From the IMG/VR virus record IMGVR_UViG_2648501669_000019: DNA of 16,502 nucleotides; one strand, given 5' to 3'. The stretch's first letter is position 1. Every line of letters starts with the position of its first letter. Below the pieces are notes generated by a model that did not search any database, was not told the DNA's origin, and saw only the letters and a list, made by a program, of their open reading frames with translations. Shown in pieces: positions 1-9,160 of the stretch. This DNA is from a virus. Taxonomy: Duplodnaviria; Heunggongvirae; Uroviricota; Caudoviricetes. The position numbers and the translations under genes are program-made.

Positions 1-20
1 GTTTTAGTTGACCACAACAG

Positions 21-1016
21 ATGATAGAAGAGGGGTTATGGCGTGAACGCCGTCGTAAAATTGCCCGTATATATCAACGCCGCATGCGACGACCATCTTA
101 CGGTGAACTGATCCAGATTGATGGCTCACCTCATGACTGGTTTGAAAATCGAGGCCCCAGATGTACACTGATCGTTTTCATTGATGATGCCACCAGTGCG
201 TTGATGGCGTTGCGTTTTGTGCCTGCTGAAACAACCCGGGCTTACATGGAAACCCTCCGGGGTTACCTTAATGATCATGGCGTACCGCTCGCTCTCTACT
301 CTGATAGACACAGTATATTCAGGGTAAATAACCCAGAGCGGGAAGGTGAGCTGACCCAGTTCACTCGTGCGATAAAGACACTGGGCATCGAGCCAATCCA
401 TGCCAACAGCCCGCAGGCAAAAGGGCGGGTAGAGCGCGCCAATCAGACACTACAGGACAGGCTGGTCAAAGAAATGCGGCTTCAGAATATCAGTGATATT
501 GAAACAGCAAATGCATGGTTGCCGACCTTTATTGAAGCCTATAACAACCGGTTCGCTACGTCGCCTCGTACTACTGATAATGCTCATCTTGATGTGCACC
601 ATTCTGAAGAGGAACTGGGTTATATCTTCAGCCTACAGGCGAAGCGCGTTCTGTCTAAAAATCTCACTTTCCAGTACAAAAGCAGTGCGTTTCAGGTACG
701 CAGTGAGGGCCGGGGATATCGACTTAGGCATTCGGTTGTTACTGTATGCGAGAACTTTGACGGTGAAATTAACGTTCTGTATGACGGGAAAGCGCTGGGC
801 TGGGAAAAGTATGTTGATGGCCCGGAGCCTATACCACTGGATGATGAAAAGAGTGTCCATGAACGAGTGGATAATGCCCGTATTGATTTACGCTCAAAAT
901 ACTATGTTAAACCTAAAGCTGACCATCCCTGGCTTACGCGCCGAACGCAAAGTCATCAGCAAGTTAAGCCCCCGAAGTTACCTAAAAAGAAGCCTGATCC
1001 CGATAAAAAAGATTGA
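21..1016 (+). CDS. DDE transposase / integrase-core (rve-type) protein, 331 aa, lacking an N-terminal DNA-binding domain; likely an IS-derived fragment
   Basis: Translation carries a D..D..E catalytic layout: 'QIDGSPHDW', 'LYSDRHSIF', 'NSPQAKGRVERANQTL'. In-frame stop at 9-11 means the ORF starts inside the window at ATG 21, leaving only about 30 aa before the first catalytic Asp. Family not assigned. Confidence 0.55.
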   Translation: MIEEGLWRERRRKIARIYQRRMRRPSYGELIQIDGSPHDWFENRGPRCTLIVFIDDATSALMALRFVPAETTRAYMETLRGYLNDHGVPLALYSDRHSIFRVNNPEREGELTQFTRAIKTLGIEPIHANSPQAKGRVERANQTLQDRLVKEMRLQNISDIETANAWLPTFIEAYNNRFATSPRTTDNAHLDVHHSEEELGYIFSLQAKRVLSKNLTFQYKSSAFQVRSEGRGYRLRHSVVTVCENFDGEINVLYDGKALGWEKYVDGPEPIPLDDEKSVHERVDNARIDLRSKYYVKPKADHPWLTRRTQSHQQVKPPKLPKKKPDPDKKD

Positions 1017-1070
1017 AACCAAGATCGATTCGGTTGAGTGCATATCCATTCATAGGGTAGATTCTTAAGT

Positions 1071-1136
1071 CGCGTTTCTGGTGTTCATTTTCGGGTGGTT
1101 TGTTACTTGTTTTACCGGGGATATGCCAGAAACGCG
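1071..1136. repeat. Perfect 11-bp inverted repeat (cgcgtttctgg at 1071-1081, ccagaaacgcg at 1126-1136) with a 44-bp spacer
   Basis: Seen directly in the sequence, 55 bp downstream of the transposase stop. Function unknown; could be an IS terminal structure or a hairpin. Confidence 0.5.
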
Positions 1137-1419
1137 CTGAGTCAGTCTGGGCGGTGCGCGTAATGAGGCGTTATGGTAAATAGCCTATGCTAATGTCCGC
1201 TAAGAGCAAGAAGCGGAAGTTGGCAGTTTTGTGGACTGTCCCCACAAAAGTGACTACAGAAATAGTTGCAATTCATAATTGATCATGGGTTGTCAGTTAA
1301 ACTCGTGGCGATTTAAATAGACTAATTGGGAGTGCGTCCATTACTTATATCTTGTAATGTTAACTATCAGAAATGATACAAAGATAATATGTCTTTAAAG
1401 AAAAGGCTGATGGCGAAAA

Positions 1420-1438
1420 GTGGCCCGATGAGGGCCAC
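1420..1438 (-). terminator. Candidate hairpin terminator downstream of flxA
   Basis: gtggccc-gatga-gggccac stem-loop 15 nt after the flxA stop; on the minus strand it is followed by an imperfect T-rich tract (tttcgcc...ttttcttt). Confidence 0.3.
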
Positions 1439-1452
1439 AATACGGCTGTCAC

Positions 1453-1785
1453 TTAGACGTAAATATCAATGGTGCCAGCGGTATTTGTATCGTCTTTTTT
1501 CTCTTCTTTTTTATCAGGCTGAACTGTCGCGTCTTCATTCTTTTTCTCTGCCTGCTGCCTTAACAACTGCTCCAGTTGAGCCCAGAGGCTTTCAATTTGC
1601 TTCTGTACCAATGCAGCCATTTCTTTTTTCTGCTGTGTCGTCATCCCCTCTTCCGATGAGATTTTCCCAAGCTTTTCAGTCAGCACCTGAATTTGTCTTG
1701 TGATTTTGGCTATTTCTGATGTTCCTTCCGGGGCGGAGTTGTTTGAAATAACGGTTGAGGTATTTCCCTGAATTGTGACAGACAT
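1453..1785 (-). CDS. flxA: FlxA, FliA-dependent protein (110 aa)
   Basis: 110-aa translation (MSVTIQGNTSTVISNNSAPEG...) matches FlxA as I remember it; a sigma-28 consensus promoter lies immediately upstream. Confidence 0.8.
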   Translation of the reverse strand: MSVTIQGNTSTVISNNSAPEGTSEIAKITRQIQVLTEKLGKISSEEGMTTQQKKEMAALVQKQIESLWAQLEQLLRQQAEKKNEDATVQPDKKEEKKDDTNTAGTIDIYV

Positions 1786-1808
1786 AGATTTCTCCTTTTA
1801 AAAAAGCA

Positions 1809-1835
1809 CTATCGGCATGCACAAAAAAATCTTTA
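1809..1835 (-). promoter_or_regulatory. Sigma-28 (FliA) promoter for flxA
   Basis: Minus strand reads TAAAGATT - 11 nt - GCCGATAG, against the consensus TAAAGTTT-N11-GCCGATAA, about 25 nt upstream of the flxA start. Confidence 0.7.
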
Positions 1836-1987
1836 ATCGTATTTCTTGTGTCATTAATTGTTTGATGTTCAGATTGTTTTCCTCGCGGGCTGGCGCGCCT
1901 CAGAAAGTAAAGCTTGTTGACAGGGGTAAACGTTCGGCAATAATTTTCTGCCGCATGCGGGTGTTGCATAAAACGTGTTACGTTCCT

Positions 1988-2293
1988 TTATCGACAGGTC
2001 AGGTCACCGCTCACCCGCCGACGAGAAAGCAACACTGACATGCTAAAGCAAAAAATAGATGAATAAGTTGAGTTGTGCATATGTAGCCTGACCGTCACAA
2101 AGTATATGGTGTCTGTACCAGTAAGATGATGGCCGGACTCTTTAAAAACGAGCTGACCTGCACAATACAGGATGGACTTAGCAATGGCTGCTCCTGGCAC
2201 AAAGCGGACAGTGATCACCGTTCTTACGACTACTTTCTGACTTCCTTCGTGACTTGCCCTAAGCATGTTGTAGTGCGATACTTGTAATGACAT
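1988..2293 (-). CDS. ydfV: Hypothetical 101-aa ORF in the position and size of ydfV; coding status doubtful
   Basis: Only size and position between flxA and relB support it. Low-complexity translation; its 5' end abuts the relB promoter/operator. Confidence 0.3.
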   Translation of the reverse strand: MSLQVSHYNMLRASHEGSQKVVVRTVITVRFVPGAAIAKSILYCAGQLVFKESGHHLTGTDTIYFVTVRLHMHNSTYSSIFCFSMSVLLSRRRVSGDLTCR

Positions 2294-2306
2294 TTGTAAT
2301 TACAAG
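2254..2306 (+). promoter_or_regulatory. relBE promoter and operator
   Basis: -35 TTGCCC (2254-2259), 17-bp spacer, -10 GATACT (2277-2282), followed by TTGTAAT repeats including the perfect palindrome ttgtaattacaa (2294-2305) just upstream of the relB start. Confidence 0.7.
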
Positions 2307-2317
2307 AGGTGTAAGAC

Positions 2318-2557
2318 ATGGGTAGCATTAACCTGCGTATTGACGATGAACTTAAAGCGCGTTCTTACGCCGCGCTTGAAAAAATGGGTGTAACTCCTTC
2401 TGAAGCGCTTCGTCTCATGCTCGAGTATATCGCTGACAATGAACGCTTGCCGTTCAAACAGACACTCCTGAGTGATGAAGATGCTGAACTTGTGGAGATA
2501 GTGAAAGAACGGCTTCGTAATCCTAAGCCAGTACGTGTGACGCTGGATGAACTCTGA
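2318..2557 (+). CDS. relB: RelB antitoxin (type II TA, ribbon-helix-helix), 79 aa
   Basis: Translation MGSINLRIDDELKARSYAALEKMGVTPSEALRL... matches RelB; its stop overlaps the relE start (TGATG). Confidence 0.95.
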   Translation: MGSINLRIDDELKARSYAALEKMGVTPSEALRLMLEYIADNERLPFKQTLLSDEDAELVEIVKERLRNPKPVRVTLDEL

Positions 2558-2844
2558 TGGCGTATTTTCTGGATTTTGACGAGCGGGCACTAAAGGAATG
2601 GCGAAAGCTGGGCTCGACGGTACGTGAACAGTTGAAAAAGAAGCTGGTTGAAGTACTTGAGTCACCCCGGATTGAAGCAAACAAGCTCCGTGGTATGCCT
2701 GATTGTTACAAGATTAAGCTCCGGTCTTCAGGCTATCGCCTTGTATACCAGGTTATAGACGAGAAAGTTGTCGTTTTCGTGATTTCTGTTGGGAAAAGAG
2801 AACGCTCGGAAGTATATAGCGAGGCGGTCAAACGCATTCTCTGA
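2557..2844 (+). CDS. relE: RelE toxin (ribosome-dependent mRNA endonuclease), 95 aa
   Basis: Translation MAYFLDFDERALKEWRKLGSTVREQLKKKL... matches RelE; translationally coupled to relB. Confidence 0.95.
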   Translation: MAYFLDFDERALKEWRKLGSTVREQLKKKLVEVLESPRIEANKLRGMPDCYKIKLRSSGYRLVYQVIDEKVVVFVISVGKRERSEVYSEAVKRIL

Positions 2845-2915
2845 ACCAAAGCATGACATCTCTGTTTCGCACCGAAGGTGACACTTCTGCTTTGCGTTGA
2901 CAGGAGAAGCAGGCT

Positions 2916-3071
2916 ATGAAGCAGCAAAAGGCGATGTTAATCGCCCTGATCGTCATCTGTTTAACCGTCATAGTGACGGCACTGGTAACGAGGAAAGACC
3001 TCTGCGAGGTACGAATCCGAACCGGCCAGACGGAGGTCGCTGTCTTCACAGCTTACGAACCTGAGGAGTAA
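2916..3071 (+). CDS. hokD: HokD (RelF), Hok-family membrane toxin, 51 aa
   Basis: ATG at 2916 gives MKQQKAMLIALIVICLTVIVTALVTRKDLCEVRIRTGQTEVAVFTAYEPEE, a Hok-family peptide with a single TM helix. Below the 60-aa cutoff of the ORF track. Confidence 0.9.
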   Translation: MKQQKAMLIALIVICLTVIVTALVTRKDLCEVRIRTGQTEVAVFTAYEPEE

Positions 3072-3140
3072 GAGACCCGGCGGGGGAGAAATCCCTCGCC
3101 ACCTCTGATGTGGCAGGCATCCTCAACGCACCCGCACTTA

Positions 3141-3166
3141 ACCCGCTTCGGCGGGTTTTTGTTTTT
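3141..3166 (+). terminator. Rho-independent terminator of the relB-relE-hokD operon
   Basis: acccgc-ttcg-gcgggt stem-loop followed by tttttgttttt. Confidence 0.6.
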
Positions 3167-3287
3167 ATTTTCAACGCGTTTGAAGTTCTGGACGGTGCCG
3201 GAATAGAATCAAAAATACTTAAGTAGCGCGCAGGGATAAGAGGGATGGTCCCTTAAAGGGGAGAGCTAATTATCCGGAAGGATTCTG

Positions 3288-3539
3288 ATGATGAACATCG
3301 AAGAACTGCGTAAAATTTTTTGTGAAGATGGCCTCTATGCTGTGTGCGTTGAAAATGGAAATCTTGTTAGTCATTACCGCATTATGTGTTTGCGAAAGAA
3401 TGGGGCTGCGTTAATTAATTTTGTGGATGCTCGGGTCACGGACGGATTTATCTTGCGCGAAGGTGAGTTTGTCACTTCATTACAGGCATTGAAAGAGATC
3501 GGAATAAAAGCTGGCTTTTCTGCTTTTTCAGGAGAATAA
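3288..3539 (+). CDS. rem: Rem, small prophage protein of unknown function (83 aa)
   Basis: 83-aa translation MMNIEELRKIFCEDGLYAVCVENGN... ; GGAAGG Shine-Dalgarno upstream. Confidence 0.8.
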   Translation: MMNIEELRKIFCEDGLYAVCVENGNLVSHYRIMCLRKNGAALINFVDARVTDGFILREGEFVTSLQALKEIGIKAGFSAFSGE

Positions 3540-3605
3540 ACTCATCTACAATCTTGCGCGGGGCTGAACTCCCGCTGAGTAACACCGTGCCACCGGAGAA
3601 AACCG

Positions 3606-3884
3606 ATGGCACGCAACGCAAAATATTACAATTCTGATAATTCGCCCGTTCTTGCCTGCACGCACGGGCGGTATTCTCACGCATTCAAGTCTGAATGGTT
3701 CCAGCACCCTCCATGCACTGCAGAACAGGCCGAATGGCTGATTCATTCTTACCGCAGGCGCGGGTTCGAGGTTAAGAAAGCTCTCAGTCTCGACTATCGG
3801 CACTGGATAATCTCTGTCAGGCTGCCTTATTCCGAACGCCCACCACGTGCGTCCCGCACTTTCCAGCAACGGATCTGGAGGTAA
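3606..3884 (+). CDS. Hypothetical 92-aa prophage protein, translationally coupled to ydfU
   Basis: ORF with a GGAG Shine-Dalgarno about 10 nt upstream; its stop (3882-3884) lies inside the ydfU ribosome-binding site. No family assigned. Confidence 0.45.
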   Translation: MARNAKYYNSDNSPVLACTHGRYSHAFKSEWFQHPPCTAEQAEWLIHSYRRRGFEVKKALSLDYRHWIISVRLPYSERPPRASRTFQQRIWR

Positions 3885-3885
3885 C

Positions 3886-4935
3886 GTGCGGGTATTACTT
3901 AGACCTGTTCTGGTGCCTGAGCTTGGGCTGGTGGTCCTTAAGCCGGGCCGTGAATCCATACAGATATTTCATAATCCTCGAGTGCTGGTGGAACCGGAAC
4001 CAAAAAGCATGCGTAATCTGCCATCCGGAGTCGTTCCTGCCGTTCGCCAGCCGCTGGCGGAAGACAAAACATTGCTGCCGTTTTTTAGTAACGAACGGGT
4101 GATTCGTGCTGCTGGCGGCGTTGGCGCATTGTCCGACTGGCTATTACGTCATGTTACATCCTGCCAGTGGCCTAATGGCGATTACCATCACACTGAAACA
4201 GTCATTCACCGTTATGGTACCGGCGCAATGGTGTTGTGCTGGCACTGCGACAACCAACTGCGTGACCAGACATCGGAATCACTGGAGCTGCTTGCTCAAC
4301 AAAATCTGACAGCATGGGTGATTGACGTCATCCGTCACGCAATAAGCGGTACGCAGGAGCGGGAATTATCTTTGGCTGAATTATCCTGGTGGGCGGTCTG
4401 CAATCAGGTGGTGGATGCACTACCTGAGGCTGTATCGCGTCGTTCGCTGGGATTACCAGCGGAAAAAATCTGCTCGGTGTACCGCGAAAGCGACATCGTA
4501 CCGGGAGAGCAGACCGCCACCAGCATATTGAAACAACGCACAAAAAATCTTGCACCGTTGCCTTACGCCCACCAGCAACAAAAATCACCACAGGAAAAGA
4601 CGGTGGTAAGCATCACCGTTGATCCAGAGTCTCCGGAATCTTTCATGAAGCTGCCTAAACGTCGCCGCTGGGTTAAGGAGAAATACACACGTTGGGTTAA
4701 GACACAGCCGTGTGCTTGCTGCGGTATGCCAGCCGACGATCCGCATCATCTGATTGGTCACGGGCAGGGCGGAATGGGAACAAAAGCACATGATCTCTTT
4801 GTGTTGCCTTTGTGCAGAAAGCATCACAACGAGCTGCATACGGATACAGTGGCATTTGAAGATAAGTATGGCTCCCAACTGGAGCTGATATTTCGTTTTA
4901 TCGATCGCGCGCTGGCAATTGGCGTACTGGCGTAA
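3886..4935 (+). CDS. ydfU: YdfU, DUF968-type protein with a C-terminal HNH-like zinc-binding nuclease motif (349 aa from GTG 3886; alternative GTG at 3847)
   Basis: GGAGGT Shine-Dalgarno 4 nt upstream of GTG 3886. C-terminus carries CACCGMPADDPHHLIGH...LCRKHHNELH (CxxC / HH / CxxHH arrangement typical of HNH nucleases). Confidence 0.75.
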   Translation: MRVLLRPVLVPELGLVVLKPGRESIQIFHNPRVLVEPEPKSMRNLPSGVVPAVRQPLAEDKTLLPFFSNERVIRAAGGVGALSDWLLRHVTSCQWPNGDYHHTETVIHRYGTGAMVLCWHCDNQLRDQTSESLELLAQQNLTAWVIDVIRHAISGTQERELSLAELSWWAVCNQVVDALPEAVSRRSLGLPAEKICSVYRESDIVPGEQTATSILKQRTKNLAPLPYAHQQQKSPQEKTVVSITVDPESPESFMKLPKRRRWVKEKYTRWVKTQPCACCGMPADDPHHLIGHGQGGMGTKAHDLFVLPLCRKHHNELHTDTVAFEDKYGSQLELIFRFIDRALAIGVLA

Positions 4936-4948
4936 GTGGAGAACGAGC

Positions 4949-5701
4949 ATGAACCTTGAAGCCTTACCAAAATATTACTCCCCAAAATCTCCAAAATTGA
5001 GCGATGACGCTCCAGCGACAGGCACCGGTTGTTTAACAATTACGGATGTAATGGCAGCGCAGGGGATGGTGCAGTCGAAAGCACCACTTGGGTTGGCCTT
5101 ATTTCTGGCAAAAGTTGGTGTTCAGGACCCTCAGTTTGCGATTGAAGGCCTGCTAAATTACGCGATGGCACTGGATAACCCGACATTGAACAAATTGAGT
5201 GAAGAAATCCGGTTACAGATTATTCCTTACCTCGTGAGTTTTGCCTTTGCTGATTACTCCAGGTCTGCGGCAAGTAAGGCTCGCTGTGAGCATTGTTCAG
5301 GTACGGGATTTTATAATGTATTGCGCGAAGTGGTGAAACACTACAGACGCGGGGAATCTGTAATCAAGGAAGAATGGGTGAAGGAACTATGTCAGCATTG
5401 CCATGGTAAGGGCGAAGCCAGCACAGCGTGCAGAGGGTGTAAGGGTAAAGGGATTGTTCTGGATGAAAAAAGAACCCGGTTTCATGGCGTACCGGTATAT
5501 AAGATTTGTGGGCGTTGTAATGGAAACCGGTTTAGTCGTTTACCGACCACGCTGGCACGACGTCATGTCCAGAAGCTGGTACCAGACCTGACCGATTATC
5601 AGTGGTATAAGGGGTATGCGGACGTCATTGGTAAACTGGTAACAAAGTGCTGGCAGGAAGAAGCATACGCGGAAGCGCAATTGAGGAAGGTGACGAGATA
5701 A
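4949..5701 (+). CDS. quuQ: Q-type late-gene antiterminator (250 aa)
   Basis: ATG at 4949 preceded by GGAG; Cys-rich zinc-binding motifs (CEHCSGTG, CQHCHGKG, CRGCKGKG, CGRCNG) typical of lambdoid Q proteins; followed by a promoter and short terminator as in lambda. Confidence 0.8.
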   Translation: MNLEALPKYYSPKSPKLSDDAPATGTGCLTITDVMAAQGMVQSKAPLGLALFLAKVGVQDPQFAIEGLLNYAMALDNPTLNKLSEEIRLQIIPYLVSFAFADYSRSAASKARCEHCSGTGFYNVLREVVKHYRRGESVIKEEWVKELCQHCHGKGEASTACRGCKGKGIVLDEKRTRFHGVPVYKICGRCNGNRFSRLPTTLARRHVQKLVPDLTDYQWYKGYADVIGKLVTKCWQEEAYAEAQLRKVTR

Positions 5702-5732
5702 ATGATTTTTGCTGAAGATGGCGACATGATGT

Positions 5733-5761
5733 TTGCATTTTTCAAAAAATATGGATAAAAT
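5733..5761 (+). promoter_or_regulatory. Candidate Q-dependent late promoter (pR'-like)
   Basis: -35 TTGCAT (5733-5738), exact 17-bp spacer, -10 TAAAAT (5756-5761), about 30 bp after the quuQ stop; a hairpin terminator lies about 45 nt downstream. Confidence 0.5.
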
Positions 5762-5808
5762 TTTTTCAACGATGGGCTTTGTATACCCGACGTTAAGAAA
5801 AAGTAGAA

Positions 5809-5832
5809 AACCCGCTGATGAGCGGGTTTTGT
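5809..5832 (+). terminator. Rho-independent terminator (tR'-like); possibly bidirectional
   Basis: aacccgct-gatg-agcgggtt stem-loop followed by ttgtgcttt; the minus-strand side is also followed by a T-rich stretch. Confidence 0.55.
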
Positions 5833-6122
5833 GCTTTAAATGGGGCAATGGTAATGTTGAATCTCATCCCGGGACTCATGTCTGTTAACTTATTATTTAG
5901 CTGGTGACTTGGTTATTTGCCTGATGTTTAAAATGTTTTCTTCCAGTACAATGTCCCTAAACACAATGAGTCTGCTTATTATATTATTAGCAGAGCTATT
6001 ACGGCCAAAGTACAGCATAAGCTTTTAAAGCCAATCAACCAGTCATCAAGACAGACGGGGTTATTCATAAAAACTCTCCATGTGTGATCCGATGGGGCCT
6101 GAAATTAAAGCTTTAATATAGC

Positions 6123-6335
6123 TCATGAAAGGTAAACATTGGCAGCTGAAGGGCCACGCAGACCATTTATCCGGCAAAATTCCACGCGTAATCCGGTGGT
6201 AATTTCTTCTGCATCGCGGAGATTGAGCGCTGAAACATGAAGCTGGACATCGATACGACCATCGGATGGGGTGATAAGACCCTTGCCGCTTTTGCCGTCA
6301 AAGGTTTTGACAATTCCTGTCATTTTACGGGACAA
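6123..6335 (-). CDS. cspF: Cold-shock-protein family paralog CspF (70 aa)
   Basis: Translation [33 protein letters not shown]... ; divergent from cspB. Confidence 0.85.
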
Positions 6336-6635
6336 AAAAATTCCTTAATACTGATAACTTGGCGCACTATACACACGTTCCTGAAGAAAGCTATAGTTTT
6401 TTGATGGGGTTGAAGATGGCTGGATGTCTAAAATAAACATTGCTTCATATGTTCAACTATGCGTTAATGATTGCGTCGGTTTGAAGAACAGACGATATAC
6501 GAAGTAGTTTACTAAAGCAGTTCTCATTTCAGGTGTTATTCACTTATTCCTTCTTTGAGTCTCTCCAATTAAGTACGAAGTCGTTTCTGTTATGCAAACC
6601 ATTTATGCCGAAAGGCTCAAGTTAAGGAATGTAGA

Positions 6636-6851
6636 ATGTCAAATAAAATGACTGGTTTAGTAAAATGGTTTAACGCTGATAAAGGTTTCGGCTTTATTTC
6701 TCCTGTTGATGGTAGTAAAGATGTGTTTGTGCATTTTTCTGCGATTCAGAATGATAATTATCGAACCTTATTTGAAGGTCAAAAGGTTACCTTCTCTATA
6801 GAGAGTGGTGCTAAAGGTCCTGCAGCAGCAAATGTCATCATTACTGATTAA
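6636..6851 (+). CDS. cspB: Cold-shock protein CspB (71 aa)
   Basis: Translation [38 protein letters not shown]... ; long AT-rich 5' leader with the CspA-type box gccgaaaggc (6606-6615). Confidence 0.9.
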   Translation: MSNKMTGLVKWFNADKGFGFISPVDGSKDVFVHFSAIQNDNYRTLFEGQKVTFSIESGAKGPAAANVIITD

Positions 6852-7133
6852 AATTCATCGCTCGTCTGTATACGATAACGAAGAAGGCTGATGCCTGAGT
6901 AGAGATACGGACAGAGTAGTGAATATTGGATCTCTTTAATAAAAAGTAAGGAGGTCCAATACATGAAACAATGGCTAGCATATTTGGCAAAATCTTAATC
7001 AGGAAAAGTATGCTAACCATTGTGGTGAAGTGCAGGTTTGCTGCATGAATAGTTTTACAGCAGAAGCTAACTGCTGGCATGGCAAAACAAAGTGCGTAAG
7101 TGGATGACTCCCACAAAAAGCACCACAATCTCA

Positions 7134-7157
7134 AACCCGCTCAGGCGGGTTTTTTAT
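7134..7157 (+). terminator. Rho-independent terminator after cspB
   Basis: aacccgc-tcag-gcgggtt stem-loop followed by ttttttatt. Confidence 0.6.
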
Positions 7158-7214
7158 TATCTGCTTTAAATATATTATTAAAATATAAAAAATACTTGTT
7201 ACTAATAAAATCAA

Positions 7215-7385
7215 TCAGGCTACAGCTTTAAGATTTGTCTGGAATACTTTGTTGCAATGAGGGCAGATCAAAAGGGCACCTTTTTGTACTCTTGAAAAAC
7301 TGTGTTCTGACTCTTGGGTGCAGTTTGGGCAGGAACATTTAACGAGATAATTACGGCGTGATTTTGAGTTTTTACGTTCTGACAT
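7215..7385 (-). CDS. Small zinc-ribbon protein (56 aa from the internal ATG at 7385; the ORF track starts it at 7436)
   Basis: Two Cys pairs (CSCPNC ... CPHCNK) about 20 residues apart; an AGGA Shine-Dalgarno precedes the 7385 start and none precedes the 7436 start. Confidence 0.45.
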   Translation of the reverse strand: MSERKNSKSRRNYLVKCSCPNCTQESEHSFSRVQKGALLICPHCNKVFQTNLKAVA

Positions 7386-7604
7386 AGGCTTTTCCTGTAT
7401 AAATGGCCGTATACAGTACACTAAATATGAAAACATTTCTCGTATTATTATTTTATATATGACTTTCTTTCAAAATAATTACCCACATTTTTAATGTGTA
7501 TGTTTTTTTAGCGCCGTTGAGAACAACGTGTGCTGTCAAAACTACCCCGTAGACTCCGATCTTTTCAAACATATTGCACCATCCGTGTACATCGGGGTGA
7601 GGAT

Positions 7605-7820
7605 ATGAAATCAATGGATAAGTTAACAACAGGTGTTGCCTATGGCACATCGGCGGGTAATGCTGGTTTCTGGGCATTGCAGTTACTCGATAAAGTAACT
7701 CCGTCACAGTGGGCTGCAATCGGTGTGCTGGGTAGCCTGGTTTTTGGCCTGCTGACGTATCTGACAAATCTTTATTTCAAGATTAAAGAAGACAGGCGTA
7801 AGGCTGCGAGAGGAGAGTAA
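7605..7820 (+). CDS. essQ: Class II holin (phage 21 S-like pinholin), 71 aa, with a dual-start motif
   Basis: [28 protein letters not shown]...[13 protein letters not shown] resembles the phage 21 S holin; Met1-Lys-Ser-Met4 suggests antiholin/holin dual starts. The ORF track's upstream start at 7530 is probably spurious. Confidence 0.85.
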   Translation: MKSMDKLTTGVAYGTSAGNAGFWALQLLDKVTPSQWAAIGVLGSLVFGLLTYLTNLYFKIKEDRRKAARGE

Positions 7821-7824
7821 TCCA

Positions 7825-8132
7825 ATGACTCAAGACTATGAACTGGTTGTGAAAGGAGTCCGTAATTTTGAGAATAAAGTTACGGTAACTGTAGCCTTAC
7901 AGGACAAAGAACGCTTTGACGGTGAAATTTTTGACCTGGATGTCGCCATGGACCGTGTTGAAGGAGCTGCGCTGGAGTTTTATGAGGCAGCAGCCAGAAG
8001 GAGCGTCCGGCAAGTCTTCCTGGAAGTAGCAGAAAAATTGTCAGAAAAAGTTGAGTCTTATCTGCAGCATCAGTACTCCTTTAAGATTGAAAATCCTGCC
8101 AATAAGCACGAGCGTCCTCATCATAAATATCT

Positions 8133-8136
<4 letters not shown>
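7825..8136 (+). CDS. ydfR: YdfR (DUF1327), 103 aa, sitting between holin and endolysin
   Basis: 103-aa ORF placed 5 bp after the holin stop and overlapping the endolysin start. Confidence 0.75.

Positions 8137-9160
<1,024 letters not shown>

Noticed and set aside
126-401. 91-aa minus-strand ORF, and the 191-aa alternative-frame ORF at 493-1068
   Set aside because: Both lie within the transposase coding region, whose D-D-E motifs fix the true frame; they are alternative-frame artefacts.
1389-1703. 104-aa plus-strand ORF overlapping flxA
   Set aside because: Antisense to flxA, which has a matching sigma-28 promoter; the translation is Ser/Leu/Phe-rich and low in complexity.
2300-2680. 126-aa minus-strand ORF overlapping relB and relE
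   Set aside because: Antisense to two well-supported, translationally coupled genes; no ribosome-binding site and no recognisable domain.
2845-2960. Possible sok-like antisense promoter or mok frame associated with hokD
   Set aside because: A TTGACA hexamer at 2897-2902 is on the sense strand with no usable -10 at the right spacing, and no convincing antisense promoter was seen.
6841-7134. 97-aa minus-strand ORF downstream of cspB
   Set aside because: Overlaps the cspB 3' end and its terminator hairpin; hydrophobic low-complexity translation typical of an AT-rich intergenic artefact.
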